64,000 nucleotides of DNA from an uncultured Gammaproteobacteria bacterium (GCA_964533715.1 CAZHNI010000001.1:5514-69513); one strand, 5' to 3'. Shown: positions 19,405-29,103, counted from the first letter of the stretch. The notes: generated from the letters alone by a model not told the origin. Program-made: numbers and translations.

Positions 19405-19475
19405 GCGGGTATAGTATAGTGGTAATATGTAACCTTCCCAAGGTTAAGCGACGGGTTCGATTCCCGTTACCCGCT
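19405..19475 (+). tRNA. tRNA-Gly (anticodon CCC)
   Basis: Acceptor GCGGGTA/TACCCGC, anticodon stem TAACC/GGTTA with loop TTCCCAA, T-arm ACGGG-TTCGATT-CCCGT, discriminator U; CCA not encoded. Confidence 0.75.
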
Positions 19476-20004
19476 CATTAAAAATCCCCCGCAGTATGAG
19501 CGAGGGATTTTAGTTGTTTATTTTTTAAGACTCTTTGGTTTCATCCAGTAATTTTTACGACGGAATTTTTTTGTTTTTCGTGCCAAGGAGTGGGCTTTTT
19601 TAGTATTTTTTTTGGCGTGTTTTAAACGAGAGCGCAAGGCTGTGTTCATAAGATGATTATTTAAAAGTTTGGGTATAATAGCAGATTATCTTTAAAAATG
19701 CAAATTTTGCTTAGTCAAGCAAAAACTTTTCATTAAATTTTAAATTATTATTCGAGTAATTTAATTACCTAACCGTTGGTTGATACTCAGAATAGTACAC
19801 CTATAAAGTACACCTATACTTGACACCTGTAACAAATTGGTGTAGGCTTGTTTTGCCAAACTCCTGGCTTTTTTTGTTACCCAATTCGCCGCACCGCGCA
19901 TGTGGTGGGTAGGGAACAGGGGAACCACGGAGTTACAACCACGGGCCGCGCACGGCTGCGCGCGCCCACATCCCGCTACGCGAAAGGCGGGAGGAGGATT
20001 GACC

Positions 20005-21513
20005 ATGTTGCATCGCTGGTTCGTCACGATCGTGGCGTTCGCCTTGGCCCTGGGCCTCGGCAGCGCCGTCAACATCAACGTCAACAGCAACCGCCCCGTC
20101 CTCGGCGCCATCGTCGGCGTACTGGGTGAGGGGGTGGCGGCCGCGCAGGTGCCGACCAACTACCGGTTCTTCAACGGCACCGGCGTGAACGGCCAGCTCG
20201 GCCAGCCCTACACGCAGGGCGCTCAGTCGGCGCTCAAGGTGCGGATCGAGAAGGTGTGGCCCACCATCGCCAAGCGGCACCAGAATGCCCTGGAGTATTA
20301 TGGGGTAATGGCCAACACCAACTGGTTCAGGAACAACTCCGGTCCGCAAGGGGAGTACTGGTTCGTGGCGGGGATCTTCCGCCAGCTCACCAAGATCCCG
20401 CTGGACGACCGAAACAAGACAAACGAGGCACTGGTGGGAAAGATCTCATCGGATCCTGACTATGTCGACTCGCTGATGATCATGAACAAGACCGGCGCGC
20501 TCATCAGCGGTGGGTACGTGGGCGAGGTGCACGTCTATTTCGGCGATGTGAAGGGTGGGTGCACGCCGAACGCCCTGGCCTACTACTTCTCTCCCCCTGA
20601 CATTTCGGGGATGAAGGTAGTCGGAGTTGTGCTCTGCGGAGACGACGGCGTCCGGGTGGCCAACTTGCCAACCGACTTCGGTGGTTTCGATACTACCCTG
20701 GAAAGCATCTTCGTCCACGAGTTCGCGCATGCCGTCGACGACGTACACAAGGCAACCACAGGCAATGAGCTGAACATCTCGGATATCATGGAGATGGATC
20801 GGTCCTGCATCCGGGTCTACGGGTTGAAGGGGATCTTGGCGTTGGTGGGGAACTCGGCCTACGATCCGCTCACGTATCTCGATCTGCGAACCATCGCGGA
20901 TTGGTACCCGATCTGGGTGTCGGTGATCAACTACAATTACGATGCTTCGAAGCAGATACTGGTCGGGATGAACGTGGCGGGCGGGTCGTGCGGAGGTGTG
21001 CAAGACGATGTCGGGACGTGCAAGAACGGGCAGACCCCCGTTGCCGCTTGCGGCGGCCTCCCCATCGGCGACGCCGGCACCCCTACCGACGGGGGCATAG
21101 CACCCCTCGACCTCGGCGGCAGCTTCAGAACCCCTTGCACCTCCGACTCGCAGTGCGCCAGCAAGGTGTGCCAAGACGGCCTTTGCCGCAGCCCGTACTG
21201 CGGCAACGGAGTTTTGAACCGCGTGGGTGTCGGAGGAGGCTCCGGTGAGTCCGACATTGACTGCGGAGGGGAGGAATGCGGCAGGTGCGCCGATGGCAAG
21301 AAGTGCTTCGCGGCCACCGACTGCAAGTCCGGCGTGTGCACCGGCGGCAAGTGCGCGGGGGGCGGTGATGTCCAGGGCGGCTGCGATGTCGGCACCGGAC
21401 GCGGTGACCGCAACTGGGGCGCCATTGTGCTCCTGCTCGCTGTGCTCCTCATCTTTTCGTCGGCCATCGCCGCTTGGCGGCAGTTCGAACGGAAGCAAGG
21501 GCGTCGCACCTAG
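20005..21513 (+). CDS. secreted, C-terminally membrane-anchored zinc metalloprotease-like protein with a Cys-rich stalk
   Basis: RBS GGAGGAGG 8 nt upstream of ATG 20005. Signal peptide MLHRWFVTIVAFALALGLGSA. HEFAHAVDDVH, an HExxH motif with a third His at metzincin spacing. Repeated CxxGxC modules (CGNGVLN, CGGEECGRC, CKSGVCTGGKC), a C-terminal TM helix and a basic tail. Confidence 0.6.
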   Translation: MLHRWFVTIVAFALALGLGSAVNINVNSNRPVLGAIVGVLGEGVAAAQVPTNYRFFNGTGVNGQLGQPYTQGAQSALKVRIEKVWPTIAKRHQNALEYYGVMANTNWFRNNSGPQGEYWFVAGIFRQLTKIPLDDRNKTNEALVGKISSDPDYVDSLMIMNKTGALISGGYVGEVHVYFGDVKGGCTPNALAYYFSPPDISGMKVVGVVLCGDDGVRVANLPTDFGGFDTTLESIFVHEFAHAVDDVHKATTGNELNISDIMEMDRSCIRVYGLKGILALVGNSAYDPLTYLDLRTIADWYPIWVSVINYNYDASKQILVGMNVAGGSCGGVQDDVGTCKNGQTPVAACGGLPIGDAGTPTDGGIAPLDLGGSFRTPCTSDSQCASKVCQDGLCRSPYCGNGVLNRVGVGGGSGESDIDCGGEECGRCADGKKCFAATDCKSGVCTGGKCAGGGDVQGGCDVGTGRGDRNWGAIVLLLAVLLIFSSAIAAWRQFERKQGRRT

Positions 21514-21543
21514 TGCCCCCCACGTGAAGTAAAATCATCCGCA

Positions 21544-21590
21544 CCCCGGCCAACCCGGCCGCGTGCGCGGACGAGGTTGGGTTGGCCGGG
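21544..21590 (+). terminator. GC-rich hairpin at the 3' end of the island gene
   Basis: Perfect 11-bp stem CCGGCCAACCC / GGGTTGGCCGG; no T-run (high-GC style). Confidence 0.4.
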
Positions 21591-21668
21591 TAGGCGAGTA
21601 AAATAAAACTAAGAAAAAATGGAGGGGGAGACCGATCGACTCCTCAAATCGATCATCTACAAAAACAA

Positions 21669-21697
21669 CCTTCTAAATTGAAGGCTGTTTTTGTTTT
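21669..21697 (+). terminator. AT-rich rho-independent terminator
   Basis: CCTTC-taaatt-GAAGG stem followed by CTGTTTTTGTTTTT. Confidence 0.45.
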
Positions 21698-21857
21698 TAA
21701 GCATGCTCGCTGTGGATAAGTGGTATAGAAGAGGATTTTTAAGCATGTTACTGTAACATACATGATTATGGTTTTACTTTAATTTATTATCGCGTCTTGT
21801 ATCCACGCGGTCTAATGGTCGATCCGTGATTTAGTAAGACGTTTTAATTATGTATAT

Positions 21858-22871
21858 ATGAGTCAAAAAATAATGGCAGAGTATATTTGGATGGACGGCC
21901 AGTCCACCGCAAAGTTGCGTTCCAAAACCAAAATTGTTGATGGGCCCATTTTGAAAATAAGCGATTTACCAGATTGGGGGTTTGATGGCTCAAGCACGTA
22001 CCAGGCAGAAGGACATTTTAGCGATTGTCAATTAAAACCAGTCAAGTATATACCCGATCCAATTAGAGGTGGTAATAATGTTTTGGTAATGTGTGAGGTT
22101 TTAAATGCAGACGGTTCTACTCATGTTAGTAATACCCGGGCACACTTACGTGAGGTATCAGAAAAATATAGATTTGAGGAAGCGTGGTTTGGTATTGAGC
22201 AAGAATATACCTTTTTTAAAGGTGCCAAGCCGCTCGGTTGGCCAGATAATGGTTTTCCGGCGCCGCAAGGCGGCTATTATTGTGGCGTTGGTTCGGATGA
22301 GGTGTTTGGCAGGCCAATTGTGGAAAAACACATGCAAATGTGTTTGAGTGCGGGGCTATCAATCTGTGGAATTAATTCGGAAGTGATGCCAGCGCAATGG
22401 GAGTGGCAAGTTGGGCCTTTAGGCCCACTCGAAGTGGCCGACGAACTGTGGTTGTCTCGCTGGCTTCTATACCGAGTAGCCGAGGATTTTGATGTTTCAG
22501 CCACCTTGTATCCTAAGCCGGTAAAGGGAGACTGGAACGGGGCTGGTGCACATACCAATTTTAGTACCAAAGCCATGCGCGCTCCAGGCGGCCTCGAGGT
22601 AGTTAAGGCAGCTTGCGAAAAATTAAAGATGAAGCACAAGGAGCATATTGCAGTTTATGGGGAACACAACGAAGAGCGTTTAACTGGCAAACACGAAACC
22701 TCAAGCATTAACGATTTTCGCTATGGAGTAAGTGACCGCGGTGCATCTATCCGAATTCCTATGGCCACTGCTAATAATGGGATGGGTTATTTAGAAGATC
22801 GTCGTCCAGCCGCTAATATGGATCCTTACAAGGTGTGTGCTCGATTGTTGGAAACGGTGTGTGGGAGTTAG
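21858..22871 (+). CDS. glnII: glutamine synthetase type II (eukaryote-like GSII)
   Basis: N-terminal EYIWMDG...LRSKTK and the FGIEQEYTFF catalytic motif. Length (~337 aa) is typical of GSII rather than dodecameric GSI. Confidence 0.7.
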   Translation: MSQKIMAEYIWMDGQSTAKLRSKTKIVDGPILKISDLPDWGFDGSSTYQAEGHFSDCQLKPVKYIPDPIRGGNNVLVMCEVLNADGSTHVSNTRAHLREVSEKYRFEEAWFGIEQEYTFFKGAKPLGWPDNGFPAPQGGYYCGVGSDEVFGRPIVEKHMQMCLSAGLSICGINSEVMPAQWEWQVGPLGPLEVADELWLSRWLLYRVAEDFDVSATLYPKPVKGDWNGAGAHTNFSTKAMRAPGGLEVVKAACEKLKMKHKEHIAVYGEHNEERLTGKHETSSINDFRYGVSDRGASIRIPMATANNGMGYLEDRRPAANMDPYKVCARLLETVCGS

Positions 22872-23083
22872 TAAAAAATTATTTCCAAAGCCAGCTGAAA
22901 GGTTGGCCTTTTGTTTGTTATTAAGGCAGTGTAATTATCTGTTATTCATTTTTCATCACATCTGTGTATGATTCTAAAGAACAGACACGGGTGCCCCCCT
23001 TGTTTTATCTCCCTGGTCAAGAATGATACTTTTTTTCATTTTTAGTGTATACTATATTAGTTATTAATTTAAATGTACTTTGT

Positions 23084-23629
23084 ATGAACAAATTATTTAT
23101 TGCGTTTTCTGGTATGGGGTTATGCCTTGTTTTGTTGGGGGCGGGTTGTAGTAAGGCTTCACCAACAACAAATACACCCCCGCTAACAAGTGAGAGTGTC
23201 TCGCAGCCGCTGCAATCGCCACAAACTGTTACGGTGCCGTATCCTACTGAGGCCCCAAGTACCCAAAGTACCCAAACTGGTGGTTCAGGTGGAACTGGCG
23301 GCTCAGGGACGGCAACAAAACCAGCCTCTAGCCCTTCACCTGTTGTGGCCGCGATGACTTATACCCAAGCGCTTAATGTATACAAAAAAACCGGTGCCTA
23401 TATTCAGTTCGCTCGTTGCCATGGTAACCCCGGCTATATTTCAATGAAGAAGGGCACAAAATTTATGTTGGATAATCGCGATAAGGCCACCCACACAATT
23501 GGCGTTGGTAAAATTGCCAGTTACAAAGTTGGTGGGTATGGCTTTGCGGTTGTTTCCGCTCCCGGAGCTGGACAATATTACCTCACCTGTGATGGTGGTG
23601 GAGCCGCGCTTCTTAATGTTGAGAGTTAA
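23084..23629 (+). CDS. lipoprotein (signal peptide plus lipobox LGAGC), Ser/Thr/Pro-rich linker
   Basis: MNKLFIAFSGMGLCLVLLGAGCSK lipobox; low-complexity TNTPPLTSESVSQPLQSPQT linker; start set at ATG 23084. Confidence 0.5.
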   Translation: MNKLFIAFSGMGLCLVLLGAGCSKASPTTNTPPLTSESVSQPLQSPQTVTVPYPTEAPSTQSTQTGGSGGTGGSGTATKPASSPSPVVAAMTYTQALNVYKKTGAYIQFARCHGNPGYISMKKGTKFMLDNRDKATHTIGVGKIASYKVGGYGFAVVSAPGAGQYYLTCDGGGAALLNVES

Positions 23630-23680
23630 AATATATTTGTTTAACTAGAAAATAGTAGAATTTCACTTATTGCTTTAGTT

Positions 23681-24181
23681 ATGCTTTCTAATTTTATTAT
23701 TTTTGGGGCGCAATACCTCGTTTTTGTTATTGCCTTGGTGGCCACAGTATATTTTTTGTTACAACCTCGTACTCAACAAAAAGAATTAGTTATTTTTGCG
23801 CTTATTACCTTGCCGCTTACTTATTTATTAGCTCGTATTGCCGGGTGGCTTTATTACAATCCGCGTCCGTTTGTAGTGGGGCATTTTGTCCCTATTATTC
23901 CGCACAAAGATGTTAATGGTTTCCCGTCCGACCATACGTTGGCGAGCGCGGCAATGGCGGTGGTAATTTTTAAATTTAACAAAAAGTTGGGCGTTGTATT
24001 GGGCGTGTTAGCGTTAGTCGTTGGTATTTCTCGGGTGGCGGCGGGCGTTCATCATGTTATTGATATAGTGGCCAGCGTTTGTATCGCGGCGGTGGTTGGT
24101 TGGTTAGTGAATAAATATATTTATTCTAAAATTTTTCATAATTCTCCCCATCAAAAATTATTTTATGAGCCAAAAAATTAA
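23681..24181 (+). CDS. PAP2-family phosphatase (undecaprenyl-diphosphatase/BcrC-like)
   Basis: PAP2 motifs PSDHT and [13 protein letters not shown] in a multi-pass membrane protein. Confidence 0.55.
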   Translation: MLSNFIIFGAQYLVFVIALVATVYFLLQPRTQQKELVIFALITLPLTYLLARIAGWLYYNPRPFVVGHFVPIIPHKDVNGFPSDHTLASAAMAVVIFKFNKKLGVVLGVLALVVGISRVAAGVHHVIDIVASVCIAAVVGWLVNKYIYSKIFHNSPHQKLFYEPKN

Positions 24182-25631
24182 AGCTCGGAGTGAAGATTAT
24201 TCCGAATGGTACAACAATATTGTGGAGCAAGCCGATTTAGCCGAACATTCGGCTGTAAAAGGGTGCATGGTAATAAAACCGCACGGCTATGCCATTTGGG
24301 AAAAAATGCAACGCGCGCTCGACGATATGTTTAAAAAAACTGGTCACGTCAACGCTTATTTTCCGCTTTTTATACCCAAATCTTTTTTTAGCAAAGAAGC
24401 CAGCCATGTGGATGGTTTTGCCAAAGAGTGTGCTGTTGTTACCCACTACCGCCTTAAAACTGCCAAAGACGGCAGTATTGTAGTAGATGAAAACGCAAAA
24501 TTGGAAGAGGAATTAATTGTCCGTCCGACATCGGAAACAATTATTTGGAATACCTACAAAAATTGGATACATTCTTATAGGGATTTACCGCTTCTTATTA
24601 ACCAATGGGCAAATGTAGTAAGGTGGGAGATGCGCACAAGACTTTTTTTGCGTACGACCGAATTTTTGTGGCAAGAGGGGCACACCGCGCACGCAACGGC
24701 CGAAGAAGCAATTGAGGAAACTAAAAAAATGCTTGATGTATATGCTGATTTTGTTGAAAACTGGATGGCTATACCTGTTATAAAGGGAATAAAAACCGAA
24801 AATGAACGTTTTGCCGGCGCCATAGAAACATATTGTATTGAGGCGATGATGCAAGATGGCAAGGCTCTGCAATCCGGGACCTCTCACTTTTTAGGACAAA
24901 ATTTTGCCAAGGCATTTGACGTAAAATTTGCAGACAAAGAAGGCAAACTGGATTACGTGTGGGCCACCTCTTGGGGTGTTTCTACCCGTCTCATGGGCGC
25001 CCTTATAATGGCCCATTCCGATGACCAGGGGTTAGTTTTGCCACCACGCTTGGCGCCAATTCAGGTCGCAATTGTGCCTATTTATAAAGAAATTGAGGAA
25101 TTGGCAGATATCTCTGTGGTTGCTAACAAAATAAAAACCGAACTTGGAACCAAAGGTATTACTGTTAAATATGATGATGACGACAGTAAACGTCCGGGTT
25201 GGAAATTTAATGAGTATGAATTAAAAGGCGTGCCAATACGTTTAGCTATAGGGGCGCGCGACCTTGCTAACGGCACAATTGAATTGGTTCGTCGTGATAC
25301 CAGGCAAAAACAGGTGGTAGAAATTTCCAAAATTGCAGAAACCGTTGAAGAAACGCTTGGACTTATTCAGACTTATTTGTTTGAAAAAGCGGCAACGTTT
25401 TTGCAAGAGCATACTTATACTGTTGATGATTTTGCTGAATTTAAAGAAAAAATAGATAAAGGGTTTGTGTTGGCACATTGGGATGGGACCACCGAAACAG
25501 AATTAAAAATTAAAGAAGAAACAAAAGCTACCATTCGTTGCATTCCACTAAATTCCAAAGAAGAAAAAGGAAAGTGTATTTATACAGGCAAACCGTCTAA
25601 ACAGCGTGTCATTTTTGCCAAGGCGTATTGA
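24165..25631 (+). CDS. proS: prolyl-tRNA synthetase, archaeal/eukaryotic type
   Basis: Class II aaRS motifs; N-terminal FSEWYNNIV, a C-terminal zinc-binding-like extension, and no bacterial-type INS editing domain. Confidence 0.85.
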   Translation: MSQKIKARSEDYSEWYNNIVEQADLAEHSAVKGCMVIKPHGYAIWEKMQRALDDMFKKTGHVNAYFPLFIPKSFFSKEASHVDGFAKECAVVTHYRLKTAKDGSIVVDENAKLEEELIVRPTSETIIWNTYKNWIHSYRDLPLLINQWANVVRWEMRTRLFLRTTEFLWQEGHTAHATAEEAIEETKKMLDVYADFVENWMAIPVIKGIKTENERFAGAIETYCIEAMMQDGKALQSGTSHFLGQNFAKAFDVKFADKEGKLDYVWATSWGVSTRLMGALIMAHSDDQGLVLPPRLAPIQVAIVPIYKEIEELADISVVANKIKTELGTKGITVKYDDDDSKRPGWKFNEYELKGVPIRLAIGARDLANGTIELVRRDTRQKQVVEISKIAETVEETLGLIQTYLFEKAATFLQEHTYTVDDFAEFKEKIDKGFVLAHWDGTTETELKIKEETKATIRCIPLNSKEEKGKCIYTGKPSKQRVIFAKAY

Positions 25632-25646
25632 TCAAACAAGATACAC

Positions 25647-26510
25647 ATGTATACGTCCGTAACAATTAAACAGTTGCACCACGCACTCCAAGCGCTTGAC
25701 CCATCAGCGCTTGTTTTGTTAGGGGGCAGTTATTTATATGACGAAGCGGTAGAGGAAAGTGATGTTGATTTTTATTTTATAATACCTTCATGGAAGATAT
25801 TTTTTTTAAAGAAATTTAAAAAAATAATTCAGAATTTAAAACAGCGTTTTTCTGGCGTGAATTTTAGTGTTATGATTGTGCCACAATGGCTTCGACGGCA
25901 TGGATACTATATTTATGGAAAAGATGTCAGCGGTAAAATTCATACATGGGAACTCCCAATTTCAATATTAATAAGGAATTGTCTTAAGCTGGCCTATTTT
26001 AATTATTTACGGTCAATGGTGGAACCAAAAAATAAAGAGAGAAATGTTCAGAAAGTAAAAAAGCAACTTGCGGTAGCAGAACTTGCCGCGCAAGGTAAGG
26101 TAGATTTTAAAGAACCAATTTTTTCGTGGAAATATATCAAACGACATTTGGTCTCGTCTGTCATTTCGACCGTAGCGACCAAAGGGAGCGAAGTGGAGAA
26201 ATCGCTTGACTGCAGTGACTCACAGATCAAGGGATTCCTCGACTGCGGCTTCGCCTTCGCTCGGAATGACAACGCGAATGACGGTCTACGGCAAGTGCAT
26301 GGACAATTCCTCCCATATTTTAATTTTTCCTTGTCAAATTATTTGCTTTACAATATTCGTTTTTTGCTCAAAGGCAACCCCTTGTTTCTATTTAGTAATC
26401 CTGATAAAATGGTGTTAGAAAAAATGGTTATTGGAATTGAGCACGAAGAAAAACTCCCAGAATTGTATAAAGAAATAAAAAGAATTGTTTTTCCTGTTAT
26501 TATTTTTTAA
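25647..26510 (+). CDS. nucleotidyltransferase-domain protein with an in-frame palindromic-element insertion
   Basis: LLGGSYLYDEAVEESDVDFYFI matches the pol-beta superfamily GS...DxD signature. Codons ~172-209 are encoded by repeat copy 26159-26271. Confidence 0.4.
   Translation: MYTSVTIKQLHHALQALDPSALVLLGGSYLYDEAVEESDVDFYFIIPSWKIFFLKKFKKIIQNLKQRFSGVNFSVMIVPQWLRRHGYYIYGKDVSGKIHTWELPISILIRNCLKLAYFNYLRSMVEPKNKERNVQKVKKQLAVAELAAQGKVDFKEPIFSWKYIKRHLVSSVISTVATKGSEVEKSLDCSDSQIKGFLDCGFAFARNDNANDGLRQVHGQFLPYFNFSLSNYLLYNIRFLLKGNPLFLFSNPDKMVLEKMVIGIEHEEKLPELYKEIKRIVFPVIIF
26159..26271. repeat. palindromic MITE-like element copy (TIR TGTCATTTCGACCG...CGCTCGGAATGACA), in frame in the nucleotidyltransferase gene
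   Basis: Terminal inverted repeats and internal sub-palindromes are shared with the other copies. Confidence 0.7.
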
Positions 26511-26556
26511 GGCCGCGCCTCAAAGGACGTTGCGCGGCATGATTTCGTCAAATCAT

Positions 26557-27144
26557 ATGTCCAAAGAAATAGTTTTTGACATTGAAACACAAAACACCTT
26601 CGCCGATGTTAATAATGACTTTAAGAAACTTAAAATTTCTTGTGTTTCCATTTATCAATATGAAACAGATTCTTATAGCAGTTTTGAGGAGCATGAATTA
26701 AAAAATTTATGGCCGATTTTAGAAAAAGCTGATCGGCTTATTGGGTTTAATAGCGGGCATTTTGATTTGCCGGTTATGAATAACTATTATTTGGGAGATT
26801 TATTAGCGTTTCCACATTTAGATATCATGGATAGTGTTAAGGCGGCGCTCGGGTTTCGTCTTAAGTTGGATGATATTGCCAAAGCTACCCTTGATAATAT
26901 AGAAAAAAGTGCGGAAGGTCTGCAAGCTATACGTTGGTGGAAAGAAGGTAAAATTGATGAAATAAAAAAATATTGTGAGCAGGATGTGCGGGTTACCAAA
27001 GAAGTGTATGATTTTGGGAGAAAAAATAGGCAGCTATTTTATAAGTCTTTAACCGGTGAGGTATTACCCTTTAGAGTAGATTTTGCGTTATTGAAGACCC
27101 AGGCGGACAAAGGAAAAAATATTAATTTGACGTTGCCATTTTAA
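26557..27144 (+). CDS. DEDDy-type 3'-5' exonuclease (DnaQ-like fold)
   Basis: Exo I FDIET, Exo II GFNSGHFDLPVM, Exo III YCEQD (Y-x3-D). Start set at ATG 26557 (MSKEIVFDIET). Confidence 0.55.
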   Translation: MSKEIVFDIETQNTFADVNNDFKKLKISCVSIYQYETDSYSSFEEHELKNLWPILEKADRLIGFNSGHFDLPVMNNYYLGDLLAFPHLDIMDSVKAALGFRLKLDDIAKATLDNIEKSAEGLQAIRWWKEGKIDEIKKYCEQDVRVTKEVYDFGRKNRQLFYKSLTGEVLPFRVDFALLKTQADKGKNINLTLPF

Positions 27145-27150
27145 ATCAGT

Positions 27151-28326
27151 ATGGCTCAGCCTAAAAAAATTATATATCTCGATCACGCTGCAGCGACACC
27201 AATTGATCCACGCGTCAGAAAAGCCATGGAGCCATTTTTGAATTCAGAATTTGCCAATCCGTCTGCTTTGTATACGGCGGCGTTGGTAGCTCGAAAAGCT
27301 ATTGAGTTAAGCAGAAAGAAAGTGGCGAACGTACTTCATACGCAACCTGATTGTGTAGTTTTTACAAATGGGGGAACAGAATCTAACAATTTGGCTCTTT
27401 TGGGAACAGCCCGGGCACACGAAAAACAGGGAAAACATATTATTATTTCCGCGGTAGAGCATAGTGCCATGTTGGAACCAGCCAAAGCCTTAGAAAAAAA
27501 AGGCTGGAAAATTTCGGTGATTCCGGTAGATAAAAATGGTGTCGTAAATGTGAATGCGGTAGTTGGCGCAATAAGACCAGATACCGTGTTCGTGAGTATT
27601 ATATATGCCAATAATGAAATTGGCTCAATTCAGCCAATAAGTGAAATTGGTCGTGCTATTGTGCGATATCGAAAAGAGCATAAAACAAATTTCCCTTATT
27701 TTCATACCGACGCTGCTCAAGCGGCTGGATTTCTTGTTCTTGATGTAGAAAAATTACATGTGGATTTTATGTCTTTTAATGGTGGAAAAATGTATGGGCC
27801 ACGGGGGAGTGGTGTATTGTATCTCCGACGTGGAATTACCGTAGAACCACTTATGTATGGCGGATCACAAGAGCACGCTCTTCGCCCAGGAACGGAAAAT
27901 ACGGCGGCGATAGTTGGTTTTGCCACCGCTCTCCAAATTGCACAGAAAAATATGGGTAAAGAGTCGGAGAAATTGCAGGAGCTATCGAGTTTGTTGTGGA
28001 ATAAGCTAAAAAATAAAGCGCCAGGCCTACAACTGAATGGCCCGGAAATTGGGCCAAATCGTTTATCAAATAATCTTAATATATTTTTTCCCGGTGTTGA
28101 TGGTGAAACTTTTGTAATTTATCTTAGTGAAGAGGGTGTGTATGTTTCTACTGGTTCATCGTGTAATTATGAAACCGCCTCGTTGTCGCCTGTGCTCAAG
28201 GCGATTGGTCTACCAGACGCAACCATAAATGGTTCTGTTAGATTCAGTTTGGGGCGAAGCACAACCAAAAAAGATATTAATTTTGTTGTTACGACAATTA
28301 TAAACAGCATTAAAATATTGACGTAA
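27151..28326 (+). CDS. iscS: cysteine desulfurase (class V aminotransferase, NifS/IscS family)
   Basis: PLP-Lys region SFNGGKMYGPRGSGVL, active-site Cys loop STGSSC, and overall NifS length. Confidence 0.75.
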   Translation: MAQPKKIIYLDHAAATPIDPRVRKAMEPFLNSEFANPSALYTAALVARKAIELSRKKVANVLHTQPDCVVFTNGGTESNNLALLGTARAHEKQGKHIIISAVEHSAMLEPAKALEKKGWKISVIPVDKNGVVNVNAVVGAIRPDTVFVSIIYANNEIGSIQPISEIGRAIVRYRKEHKTNFPYFHTDAAQAAGFLVLDVEKLHVDFMSFNGGKMYGPRGSGVLYLRRGITVEPLMYGGSQEHALRPGTENTAAIVGFATALQIAQKNMGKESEKLQELSSLLWNKLKNKAPGLQLNGPEIGPNRLSNNLNIFFPGVDGETFVIYLSEEGVYVSTGSSCNYETASLSPVLKAIGLPDATINGSVRFSLGRSTTKKDINFVVTTIINSIKILT

Positions 28327-28379
28327 TTGATTTTTGCTTTTTTCTTATTTTTTTGTTAGTATGAAGCCATACCATTTGT

Positions 28380-29045
28380 ATGGCTTTTTTGTATATTGTT
28401 GCTACACCAATTGGCAATTTTGATGATATTACCCTTCGCGCTCTTGAAACGCTCAAAAGCGTTGATGTTGTGTTATGCGAAGATACCCGGGTAACTAAAA
28501 ATTTGCTTGACCACTATAAAATACACAAGCCGACGCTCAGCTATCACCATCATAGTGATGCCAGGAAAGTTAATGAGATTATTAGTTTATTGGAAAGTGG
28601 TAAAAATTTAGCTTTAGTGACCGACGCCGGCACACCAGGGATTTCTGACCCTGGGAATGAGCTTGTTTCACAAATAACAAATAACAAAGAACAAATAACA
28701 ATTGTTCCTATACCAGGCCCATCAGCAGTAGTTGCCGCTCTCAGTATTTCCGGCTTTCCTACCGACAAATTTTTATTTTTAGGATTTCCTCCCCATAAAA
28801 ATAAACGGCAAAAATTTTTTAAAGAAGTTGCCGCGGCCGAGCACACGGTGGTGTTTTACGAATCCGGTCATCGTATTATAAAATGTTTGGGGGAATTAAA
28901 AGAAGTGCTGGATATAAAAAGACAGATAGTTGTCTGTCGTGAACTCACCAAAAAGTTTGAGACGATTTATCGTGGGACAGTTGAAGAAATCTCTAAGCAA
29001 AATATAGATGAAAGAGGGGAGTTTGTGGTGGTTATAAATGCTTAA
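28380..29045 (+). CDS. rsmI: 16S rRNA (cytidine1402-2'-O)-methyltransferase RsmI
   Basis: Tetrapyrrole-methylase fold: LYIVATPIGN...DIT.RAL..LK.VDVVLCEDTRVT..LL, and VTDAGTPGISDPG. Confidence 0.75.
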   Translation: MAFLYIVATPIGNFDDITLRALETLKSVDVVLCEDTRVTKNLLDHYKIHKPTLSYHHHSDARKVNEIISLLESGKNLALVTDAGTPGISDPGNELVSQITNNKEQITIVPIPGPSAVVAALSISGFPTDKFLFLGFPPHKNKRQKFFKEVAAAEHTVVFYESGHRIIKCLGELKEVLDIKRQIVVCRELTKKFETIYRGTVEEISKQNIDERGEFVVVINA

Positions 29046-29103
29046 ATTGCTGTATCGTTAAATTGTTTCTTTAGTTATCCAACAATTTAGCCATTTAATA
29101 ATT

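Larger units (their letters stand above)
19880..21590. other. compositionally foreign high-GC island (about 65-70% GC in a ~38-40% GC background)
   Basis: Abrupt GC jump visible directly in the sequence. Both strands carry long overlapping ORFs, a high-GC artefact. It ends with a GC-rich hairpin, CCGGCCAACCC...GGGTTGGCCGG, and lies immediately downstream of tRNA-Gly. Confidence 0.8.

Noticed and set aside
19761-21532. Multiple long overlapping ORFs on both strands (19761..20159 -, 19933..20349 -, 20446..21498 -, 20937..21509 -, 20901..21248 +, 21227..21532 +)
   Set aside because: These are expected artefacts of about 68% GC DNA (few stop codons in any frame). Only the frame with RBS, signal peptide, HExxH motif and TM anchor (20005..21513 +) is credible.
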